NCBI RefSeq assembly: GCF_001194135.2
Contig: NC_068986.1
Location: 61,974,698 to 62,026,547, forward strand
Origin: Octopus bimaculoides
Taxonomy: Eukaryota
Length of the DNA stretch: 51,850 nt
Reading direction: 5' to 3'
Part shown: one piece after another, positions 13,490 through 23,731 of the stretch
How the letters are laid out: each line of letters begins with the position of its first letter
Numbering within the stretch: position 1 is the stretch's first letter
Program-made: the position numbers and the translations under genes
The notes under the pieces: generated by a model
Databases searched by the model: none
The model's input: only the letters and a program-made list of their open reading frames with translations
What the model was told of the DNA's origin: nothing

Positions 13490-14384
13490 CATATTTACTT
13501 TCAATTTATACTTTTGTATCTATTGTAAATAAGAATGGGCGAAAGTAAAGAATACGCACACCCGGTGTTTAGGGTTAGGGGTTTTGTTACGCCTAAAACG
13601 GATGGTGTACGTATTGTTGTTGATGATGAAGGGTATGTTCAATTGTTTTTACTAAAGTTCTCCAAAGATCTATTTATATAAAAACGTTACATTTCTTTCC
13701 TCCTCACCACAAGGACGGATATCTTGGTATTAAAAGAATTTTTAGAATAAAAGTGGAGTTTGTACTGAAATGCGTACATACTTGCAGCAATTTGAACTAT
13801 TGTTGATAAACTTTTTCTTTAAGTTTTAATGAAATCTTTATTCAGAAAGGTAATTTCAGTATTGTCGATAAATTTATTAATACAGTGCACTGATGAAGTA
13901 AAGCAAAACAAAGACGAAATTCTCACCATCTGAAGCCACTTGATTTCATGATATTTGATTTTGCTTTTTACGTTCTGAGTTCAAATCTCGCCTAGGTTAA
14001 CTTTGCTTTTCATCCTTCGCTAACTGTTAAGCTCTGTACCAATTGTAGAAACGATTATTAAGAAATATAATCACACGGGGAGTGTACTTACGTCTCTCTC
14101 TTGTGTGCAGGTGGTTGTTAGAAGTACCCATGAAAAGAACAAGGAGTGTAATGATAGGTTCTTTATGTTGATAGTATTACTTCCGTTAAAAAAAGTCATT
14201 GTTTACAGTTTACGTAGTGACTTGTATGATTCAACGAGAGAACTATCCGGTGCGAAGGCGTGTCTGCTGATTGAATTATTTACATAGGTAAATGCAGTAG
14301 TTTTATTATTAGTCTCATATTTAAAATTTTATTTCACAGATGACTTAGTTCCCAGATTGAAATATCTGTTCACATTGCGAACTA

Positions 14385-14590
14385 AACCAAATTGTTTAGC
14401 CCCAGGTTAGAATTGAGCAGAATGAGCAGACTTATGGCTAAAGGCGTTCCAGCTTTGACCACTCTGTTTTTGTTCGTTTGATACAAAACCATATTATCTA
14501 CACTTTTAAAGACAGTAGAGTGTGATATGAGGATATGATTTTATTGCTATTTCTAGCAGGACTAGCGACTATGTTGAAGCTCCCTGGTTA
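14385..14590 (+). repeat. Unclassified interspersed repeat fragment
   Basis: aattgtttagccccagg...gctatttctagcagg motifs recur at ~18640-18700 and ~41810-41870. Confidence 0.4.
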
Positions 14591-15501
14591 CCAGAGCCAA
14601 GTATGTAAATGAAATAGTATACGAACAGTGTTGAAAGTTGGCCGAGCATGCCCATTGGTAGATGTTACACTTAAAACTATTTATTGACTTACTTGACTTC
14701 AACCAACAATACTGCCTCAAGCAGGTTTTTTTTAAAAATTCGTGTAGTTTTAAGCCCCCATTTTGCTCTTTGTTCCTATTCGCTTTCAGTTAACGTTATT
14801 ATTTCGTCATTCAGACGTGTGTACTTATTAGTAGTACCATTTCCGCTTTCTTTCTCGTGTCATAATCTCTCGCACTCACACAGGTACACGCCATATGGAG
14901 ATATTAAATAAAAAATCTTACTTAGCAAGGCTGGTAACAACGTTACATCTACTACTTGCTGAAAATGCGTTAAGACACGCTCCTCGTCTGTAATGAGAGA
15001 TCTCTCGACATTTGATTATCTAATACATAGAATCACCAACATCTTTTGTTTGAACATAGCCACCGCTTATTTGTCAGTATGAAGAACTTTAATGGGTAAC
15101 ACGTTTTACCTATATGGGTGACCTCATCAGGAGCTGCTGCTTACTATCAACTGAGATAAAAGCGAAGGAGTGTAACAAGAAGACGAAAGCCTGTCACCGA
15201 CCAACTCCTACCCCAAGCTCCTCATCCAATTATCAGCAGCTCTAACGAAAAGCAGCAGCATGCCAAGCTATCGTTTTTCTCATCCTTATCACACTTACTG
15301 CTGTTATTTACCAACTTCTCTAGTTTATGGCTGTCTACATGGTCGGTATTTGGTACCGCTGCCAACATCATATTACGATTGCTTCTTTCTTTTACACCGG
15401 GACAACATACCAGCAGCAACATAATCTTCATCTAACTGCTACATAAAGCTAAGTTAGAGGTTGAGCGGTGCTTCCCCACCACCCTCAAAAACCCGATCGG
15501 T

Positions 15502-18154
15502 ATGGGTGAAGATAGTGGATACTTTAGCCGCCGCTCCTGCCAGTTTCGACTTCCTACACGAAAGCAACATCAACAACAAACAGATACGGGTAACTGCAAG
15601 AAAAAAAGCTCTAATGGATACGACTGTAATGCTGCTACTAGTTCGGTTGCAAACTGCATAAATAAAAGTGAAGCTATAACAACCAGTGGCTGTTGTGATG
15701 CTGTTACTGATGCTAACAATTATAACAATACCTCTATTACTGTTGCTAATTGCACCAATAACAACTGTCGCGCCGATCTAAATAGCAAAAATTCTGGAGA
15801 TCACCGCTACTCTTGTGATCATCTACAATTTGATCTGCGATGCAGACCAGTGGAACAAAATGTAGTTTCCTCTCTCTCTCCAAGACAGGTGTTTGATGTA
15901 GTAACTGAAAACACGACAAATCGTAACCCCTCAAATAGTTTAAACAGTTCTATTAATAGCTGTTCACTATTAGTTGATGACGTGAGAGATGCTAATAACG
16001 ACAGTACATGTACATCCAATTTGCCGTGTAGCTTATACAGTCGACCGGTACATCAAGTCGGTAGTTCTGCTATCGACACAGATACTACTTATAATACTGG
16101 AAGTAGTAGTTCTAGTGGTGGTTATTACACTCAGACGAACAACAGTTGTGGTCGAACGACATTTTCTCCAAACAGTATACTCCATTTGAAATACACAGAT
16201 CTCAACGATTTGAACTCTTACAGAAATTTATGTTACGTGTTTAAGGACGAACAGGATTTTGAAGAATTTAAACAAGAATTACAAGACTTCCAGTTTCTGA
16301 AAGAAAGTCTTCAGAAAAGTGGATGTAATCACGACTACCAAGTATCTCCACTGCGCGAAATACCAGTAAATATTGAAGAACAATTGGCCCAAAATAACAG
16401 ATTCGGAAACAGCCCGAGTAATAGTCCAATTTTTACCAGTATTAACCAGCAGGATCAACAAAACAAAGTTAACAATAATATCTGTGATGATCAAAGTGCG
16501 AATTGTTTAACATTGCAGGAGGAAACTTTCTCTACACGTAACTCTGGAAGAATTCTTGGTTGTGATATTGTACCTGTTCCTATTGCTACTACACCAGCAG
16601 CTTCTTCAGAAACTTCGTCATCATGCCAACCTCGTTTTGTTAACACCTGTATTTCTTCCTCACCAACGCCAAGCAGTTGTAATAAAGCCAGAATCACAAA
16701 TTCTATAAGCAGACGAAGTTCTTCAAACTCCTCGTCCCCTCTGAAATATTTATCGTCGTCTTTCAGAAACGCATTAGCCCCACATGACATGTTAATGGAC
16801 TTTTTCAAAAGTGATGAAAATTTCCAGGAGTTCGAACGGGAGTTTGCTAACTTGGATAATGACTTCAATGTGTTCGGTCGACTTGGTCGAATAGAGGACA
16901 GTGAAGATAGAGACCAAGTATTTGCAACTAGAGATAGAAAACGTAATGTTGAGAGTGAAGGGCGAAGTTCGATTCCTTTGAAAATTAATTTTCAACAGGA
17001 TACGAATGTTTGTTGTTCGAATGAACACATGCCACTGACTGAACTAAAAGTTAAACACAGTTCAGCTGGGGCTAAACAAGATGTTGCAGTAACGAAAAGT
17101 ACTGGGAAAAGTGATTCCTTTTCAGATTTCTTTGACAATGACGAAGATTTTAAGGAATTTGAGAAAGAATTTGCTAACTTCAAATTGCGGAGAAGATCAC
17201 GAGCTTTTGCTGATGATTTTAACAGACGTTCAAATTGCGATCTGTTTGCTGATTTTTTCCCCAAGTTTGAAAATCAGGAAAAAATCGAACGGCGAAGTCG
17301 TGGACCTGCCAATGATTGGGATTATTTATTTAACAAAATCAAAAGAAACAGTGGATTTTTGGCGGATGTTAATGAACTGCAAAGTACACCTTGTGAAAGA
17401 TCTCAGAGCCCTACGTTTTTGGCCACACAATCTCCTAAAAGAACTACTGAAGATATTTCAACATCACTTTGCAAAGCAAACGAAAGTCCAGTAAGAAAAC
17501 CTATCGAAATAGCCGTTCAACGACGACCTCCTCTCCCGCCTCTAGTAACAAAACATCCACACTTTTCATGTGAGCGACACAACAGCTCAAGTTTGCAGAA
17601 AAAGCCTTTGGAATTAAAGATTGAACATGTATCCTCTCCAGTATCGCTTAATTTCCGAAATGACAGCCCCAATCCGTTGTCAGACAGTGTTGGCAGCACT
17701 TACATGCGAATACCCAAATTAATAGATGAGGAAGATAGAGAAGAGTCTGTATCACCGACAGTATTACATATCGATGAAACTCCCGTGTATAATCCAGATA
17801 CTACTGGTACTACTGATGCTTCTAATAGTGCAGAAGAACTTTCTCACATTATTATTGAACATCATTTCACCGGTGGTGTTTCTAAACCAACTCTTACCAT
17901 TACTAGGAGAACGAATAAGTCGCTGGATGAGGCCAGTGAAAGCGAATCTCCCGTTTCTGTACACGCACAACAATTGTCTGAGCTGAGGGATAAACGTTGC
18001 CACACGGACCCACCTAGAATTGTTATAGAGCATAGGTTTTCTCCCCGTGAGTTTGAACCCGGTTCTAGTAAACAGAATAGGTTTTCTACTGCGTTGGAAT
18101 TTTTACAGGATGTGGATTCAGGCAAAGTTGAGGATAAGAAAAAACCACACAAAG
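15502..18154 (+). CDS. Giant (probably first) coding exon of an unidentified, largely low-complexity S/N/T-rich protein; unspliced ORF is 903 aa to 18213
   Basis: Uninterrupted 2.7-kb ORF in AT-rich DNA. ggtATGg start context with an in-frame stop upstream at 15433-15435. Donor AAAG|GTAAGC at 18154/18155 (phase 1) after ...VEDKKKPHK. No transposase or RT motifs. Confidence 0.8.
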
Positions 18155-19789
18155 GTAAGCAAGCAATAGAGAGACTGGTTTGTGGAAGTCATCATTCATT
18201 TCGATTGTTCTAATTTTTTAATGATGATTATGTGAATTGAGTTCGATTTCCAAATAACAATTTTATTTTTTTTAAATATGTTCAAATAACTCCTTATTAC
18301 ATATCCATGCATACGTGAAGTATGTATTTGTCGTGTGTGTGTTTGTGTTTCCATATATACCTATAAATATAGTTTTAATTGAAGATGAAAAAAAACTTTG
18401 CAAACTGTTACTGTGTTCGTGTGTGCGAGTAATTGTAATAGGCTACAGCGCTTTATATATATATATATATATATAAATAAAAACATAAATTATTTATAAA
18501 CGCCCTTACGTATACATTTCTCCGAAGGGTTTTCGCTTGAACATTATTATTGTCAGTTCAGACCCGTTTGTCATTTAAACGGAGTTCTTTATTATTTATT
18601 CGTTTGAGTAAAGCATGATTGCTCGCGGATGGTTTTGATCCAACACGAGCTGCTATTTCCAGCAGATCGAGTGACCACACAGAGGCTCTCGCTAACTCGA
18701 TGTATACTTGAAGAAGCAGAATTCAAGGCTGCTCTGTCTTAGGTTTCTGTTCTTACTCTCATCACGTTAAGTGTTGTAAGTTGTTAAACGTTCAGTTGAC
18801 TATTTCAATTATTTACATTTACCTAGTTCTACTGCATTACCAGCATATGAGGACTCCAGCAAAAACAGTGGATAATATTTGCATTGCTACAAAGATTAAC
18901 TGGGAATTTACTAAGTCAACATACCTTTCTTGTCTAAGTTTGTTGATCTGAATTATAAAAAAAAGTTAGTAATTGCCGCAGAAAGAAGTTAGAAAATAGT
19001 TCAAATGAAGATAAAAATTGTGGGATAGTTTCTTTGTTAGAATTCAGTTCATTTCAAATGTAGGCGCGTGTGCGCCCAAGACAGTTACAGCATAGCTCTG
19101 TCTTTTTGTCTCATCTTTTGGAAATCAGAGAAATCTGTGAAACCAGTTAAGTCTTTAAAAATTCAAAAATAAAAAAATCTAAATGAATTCCAGTGCATAT
19201 TCAACTTTTTTTTTTTATATTTCTACCTTCATGGAATAAAATAACTTTGTTTCATATACACATACAAACACGTATATATGTGTATATACACCCATTATGT
19301 ACATATGTATACACACACACACACACTTCAGTTATGTAGCCATGTGCACTTTTTTTCCCTTCTCTGGATCTTATTCCTCTCCTCTTTCTGATGAAGAGCC
19401 ATGCCTGAAATGTTATACACTCTTTTTTCCCCTCTTATACTGAGTGTCAACCATGTGTACATCTTTTTGATTTTTGTTTTGTTATTTTTAATTTTCGATT
19501 TGCCTATGTATATATGTGTGTTTGTGTATGCATCCCTAGCTTTACGGAAGTAGTATATTTCCGAAAATATGTTTGTAATGTGAAATTTCATAGTGCAAAG
19601 TTAATTTTCCTATTATCAAATGAGATTGCGTTCTTATGGACTCCTTCAAAAGAAAAAAAAATACACAAGAAAGCAATAGAGAACAAGCAACACACTCACC
19701 TTTATACATGAAAATAATTTCTAAACTTATACATAAAAACAAAAACATTCCAAGTGGAATGAGTTAGAGAATTAATAAGAATCAAAATA

Positions 19790-20880
19790 TCGTAAGAGTA
19801 CATTCTTACCACAATAGAGATGTTGACTACTGTGTGAGGGGTGCTGGTAGAATGAGCATTACTAGGATGATGAGGAACAATTTTTACTCTCTTATGGTTC
19901 ATTATCACCAACATCAGCTTGAGGGATGAAGAACTTATCCTAAGTTGTTTATTCTTTGTACAGCTCAGTATAGGAACTGAGCTCATTATAAACTCCTCTT
20001 GTAATCTTTATGCTACATTCATGATTAGGATCATTATCAGCAAAAGCCTGCAGACCTTCCTTTACCAACCTTTTTGTAATAATTTTTGTAATCAATTTAA
20101 GTGGTGTAGGTGGAACTTCTGTTGTCTGATCTGTATTCTCAGCTTGTTCTTTTTCTAGCAGTATCAGCCCCTTGTCAGATAAACTTTCTCTCTGGGACAC
20201 TTGCAAATCAATCACATCATACTTTATGACTTCTTCAGATCCTATATCCCTTGCTAGTGTCATTATCTTTCTGAAATTCATATAGACTTTCTGCTTGAAG
20301 AAAACTTGTAATCTCATGGATATTGTCTGACCATTTACTTTCCCAAGCACTATTCAAGGTTGAAGGTTTCACTCACTCCATGATTCAGCTATGTTATCCA
20401 CAACATCCATTACGATGAATTTCTTCTAGGAATCTCTAACTGTAGGTTTATCCTCTTTGTTAATTGCTTCCATATGTTGTTTGAAAGTTCTCATAATATG
20501 TCTTGATCTATTGGTTGGAGTGTTCTTGGGGATATATTCGACTCTCACATTATCAAAAAGGTCATCTAAGTTCACTAGTTTTCTCGGTTCATTATTGGAA
20601 ATATGTCTGGCACTGTACCTTGTATACTGAAGGACAAAAAATGTTTGTAACTAATCTTTGAAAAGGCTCTTAGTGATCCATGTCTTTTTATTTGAATGTC
20701 AAATCAGAGGTAGATCAAAGTATGTGTAATCCTAGAATGCCCCTTAGATTTTCAAAATGATACACATATAGGCATCAGGCTTGCTGAACCTGGTACTATT
20801 GCCCCAACTTTGGTACTTTTGGTGTGTGGTAATACACTGCAGTAATTTGCTACTTTTTTCAAATTTTTTCGCTTCATGTA
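19790..20880 (-). mobile_element. Tigger/pogo-family transposon relic
   Basis: Minus-strand ORF 19949-20350 ends ...ECSIKITRGVYNELSSYTELYKE (Tigger C-terminus). Upstream EYIPKNTPTNRSRHIMRTFK is a decayed FLPPNTTS..QPMDQGVI..FK motif. Confidence 0.7.
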
Positions 20881-21176
20881 AAAAATAAGTTTACAGCATA
20901 TGTAAGTGAACAATGTAACAATAAATACATTACATTACTATTGGACTAACTATTTTATATCAAAATATATTTTGCGACATTTTATAACGAGGCAGTTTAT
21001 AGCTAATTGGTAGCTAGTTGGTATAGAATATGTTCAATACGTATATTGTACATACCATCCAATATCTCTGGCTTGCTGCTCTAATGCCAGTCAGTAGCAT
21101 ATTTTATACATAAGTGACAAGTGCTTCCTTACTATCTCGTTAAACTTTTATCAATTATGAATCATTTATAACCCAC

Positions 21177-21520
21177 ATGATGAGCAAAAATACAAAAGAT
21201 AAAAGCAGTGATGAGATTGACTTAGGTTTAACTCCGCCAAAGAAAAGAATTAAACAAAAATGGAAAACTGACCGACTTTTTGCACTGTACAACTTCTTCT
21301 GTTCATATTACAGGTGTAGCAGCTGCAGAGCTGCTTAATTGCAAAACATAACTTACCAGTGAGACTTATGGATCATTTACCTGGACTAATTCAGAATGCA
21401 TGTCCTGATTCCAAAATAGCTAAAGATATCAAATGTGCAAGAAACAAAGATACTCAAATATATAAAAATGTTTTAGCCCCTCATTCCTTTGAAAACTTCA
21501 TTAAACAGTTAAAAGAGTGC
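21177..21520 (+). mobile_element. hAT transposase pseudogene, N-terminal part
   Basis: AAAELL/IAKHNLPVRLMDHLPGLIQNACPDSKIAKDIKCARNK is typical of ZNF862-like hAT transposases; interrupted at 21520. Confidence 0.7.
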
Positions 21521-21607
21521 AATACAGTTCTATATTTAAGAGATGAGGAATTGTGTACATTATTTACATTCGATGGATATTTGTCCTCATCTTGTTTGTT
21601 GTTAACA

Positions 21608-21649
21608 GAACGTTTCGGCTGATATACCCTCCAGCCTTCTTCAGGTGTC
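21608..21649 (-). ncRNA. Minimal hammerhead ribozyme motif in the PLE terminal repeat (left arm)
   Basis: Reverse complement GACAC-CTGAAGA-A-GGCTG-gagggtatat-CAGCC-GAAA-CGTTC: core boxes, 5-bp helix II, palindromic AACGTT at helix III. Helix I is only partly paired. Confidence 0.55.
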
Positions 21650-21730
21650 TTGGGGGAAATTTTGAACCTGGGTTCTCATTCCTAAGGTATTTTTCAATGT
21701 TATTATTATTATTATTGTTATTATTGTTCA

Positions 21731-21803
21731 GGTCACTGCTTGGAATCGAACTCGGAATCTTGGGGTTAGTAGCCCGTGCTCTTAACTACTTCACCGTATG
21801 CCC
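21731..21803 (-). promoter_or_regulatory. tRNA-derived Pol III promoter cassette in PLE (left arm)
   Basis: Reverse complement gggcatacggtgaagtagttaagagcacgggctactaaccccaagattccgagttcgattcc; B-box intact, A-box degenerate. Confidence 0.55.
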
Positions 21804-23478
21804 GTGGGCAATTATGGAGTGATTTTAGGGCTTGTAAGTCTAATATTTTTCTATCCTTCCTTAATACCGATTCCCATATGCTGCTCATATCTGCACTCAG
21901 TCAGCTTAGGAGGTTGTTGTGTCCTAGCATACGTGCTGCTTCTTTTAGTTTTCATATTTTCCAGTGGTGTTCTCTATCTATTATTTTAACTTCATCCCAC
22001 AGGGGGAGGTGGTCTCCATTTTTCCATACATGATCAGCTATACCCTATTTATCAATATCTCTCCGTATCACAGCTTTGCGATGTTCATCTACCCTTATTT
22101 TGAGGGGGCAGGATGTTTCACCTTTGTATAACCTACCACAGCTGCATGGGATGGAGTACACACAGTCTTTAGTCATATTCTCTTCTATTGGTGGTTTTAC
22201 TCAAAGGAGATATTTGCAAAGTGTTGTATTACTCTTGAATACTGTCCTGATGTCATATGGGCCGCATATCTTTTGTATCTTTTCGGAGAGGCCTTTCACA
22301 TAGGGTAGACAGACTGCACAGTTTTTTGGCTTCATCCTTTCTCTTCTCCATAATTGGAGTGGATAGTATACTTTTGGGGTAGTTGTTTAACAGATCATTA
22401 TTGAGCTTGATCATTTCTTCGTGGTGTGTATTACAGTTGCTACTTATATTCTTTGCATGATGTTTTAGGCACTGAGCAATCCCTCTCTTTACACTATATG
22501 GATGGTGGGAATTGAAGTTGAAGTGCAAAGAATATAAGTAGCAACCGTTATACATACCACGAAGCAATGATCAAGCTCAATAAATATCTGTTAAGCAACA
22601 ACTATCCCAAAGTATACTATCCACTCCAATGATGGAGAAGAGAGAGGATGAAGCCAAAAAACTGTCCACAGTCTGTCTACCCTATGTGAAAGGCTCTCTC
22701 TGAAAAGATACAAAAGATATGCAGCCCATATGACATCAGGACAGTATTCAAGAGTAATACAACGCTTTGCAAATATCTCCTTCGAGTAAAACCACCAATA
22801 GAAGAGAATATGACCAAAGACTGCGTGTACTCCATCCCATGCAGCTGTGGTAGGTTATACAAAGGCGAAACATGTTGCCCCCTCAAAATAAGGGTAGATG
22901 AACATCGCAAAGCTATGACATGAGGAGATATTGATAAATCGGGTATAGCTGATCATGTATGGAAAAATGGAGACCACCTCCCCCTATGGGATGAAGTCAA
23001 AATAATAGAGAACACCACTGGAAAATACGAAAANNNNNNNNNNTATTCAAGAGTAATACAACGCTTTGCAAATATCTCCTTCGAGTAAAACCACCAATAG
23101 AAGAGAATATGACCAAAGACTGCGTGTACTCCATCCCATGCAGCTGTGGTAGGTTATACAAAGGCGAAACATGTTGCCCCCTCAAAATAAGGGTAGATGA
23201 ACATCGCAAAGCTATGACATGAGGAGATATTGATAAATCGGGTATAGCTGATCATGTATGGAAAAATGGAGACCACCTCCCCCTATGGGATGAAGTCAAA
23301 ATAATAGAGAACACCACTGGAAAATACGAAAACTAAAAGAAGCAGCACATATGCTAGGACACAACAACCTCCTAAGCTGACTGAGTGCAGATATGAGTAG
23401 CATATGGGAATCAGTATTAAGGAAGGATAGAAAAATATTAGACTTACAAGCCCTAAAATTCACTCCATAATTGCCCAC

Positions 23479-23551
23479 GGGCATATGGCATAGTGGTTAA
23501 GAGCGCGGGCTACTAACCCCAAGATTCCGAGTTCGATTCCAAGCAGTGACC
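23479..23551 (+). promoter_or_regulatory. tRNA-derived Pol III promoter cassette in PLE (right arm)
   Basis: A-box TGGCATAGTGG (23486-23496), B-box GAGTTCGATTCC (23529-23540), followed by an (AAT)n(AAC)n tract. Confidence 0.65.
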
Positions 23552-23638
23552 TGAACAATAATAATAATAATAATAATAACAACAACAACATTGAAAAATA
23601 CCTTAGGAATGAGAACCCAGGTTCAAAATTTCCCCCAA

Positions 23639-23685
23639 GACACCTGAAGAAGGCTGGAGGGTATATCAGCTGAAACGTTCTGTTA
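23639..23685 (+). ncRNA. Minimal hammerhead ribozyme motif in the PLE terminal repeat (right arm)
   Basis: CTGAAGA at 23644-23650, helix II GGCTG/CAGCT, GAAACGTTC at 23672-23680. Confidence 0.55.
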
Positions 23686-23731
23686 ACAACAAACAAGATG
23701 GGAACAAATATTCGTCGAATGTAAATAATGT

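Larger units (their letters stand above)
13500..19100. promoter_or_regulatory. CpG-retaining block (putative unmethylated promoter/first-exon region)
   Basis: CG dinucleotides are visibly frequent here (4 in line 13561-13620) while most unique flanking DNA has almost none (0 in 4201-4260). Judged by eye, not computed. Confidence 0.5.
21521..23731. mobile_element. Penelope-like retroelement (C-terminal GIY-YIG, Penelope/Poseidon type), two 5'-truncated copies head-to-head
   Basis: Minus arm ~22526 to 21521 and plus arm ~22523 to 23731, joined at a TGCA overlap. Encodes LHFNSHHPYSVKRGI and CVYSIPCSCGRLYKGET..PLKIRVDEH (GIY-YIG). 6-bp TSD-like GAGTGC (21515-21520) / GAGTGT (23732-23737). Confidence 0.85.

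Noticed and set aside
13569-13580. Telomeric TTAGGG repeats
   Set aside because: Only two units; not enough for an interstitial telomere call.
15746-18152. Several minus-strand ORFs of 60-125 aa
   Set aside because: Shadow ORFs antisense to the 903-aa frame, with no independent motifs.
22745-23332. Apparent tandem duplication of ~289 bp inside the right PLE arm
   Set aside because: The two copies look identical and sit directly on either side of a 10-N gap (23034-23043); typical contig-overlap artefact.
23479-23551. Functional tRNA gene with ACT anticodon
   Set aside because: Acceptor and T stems do not pair properly and the sequence is embedded in both PLE arms; kept only as a tRNA-derived promoter cassette.
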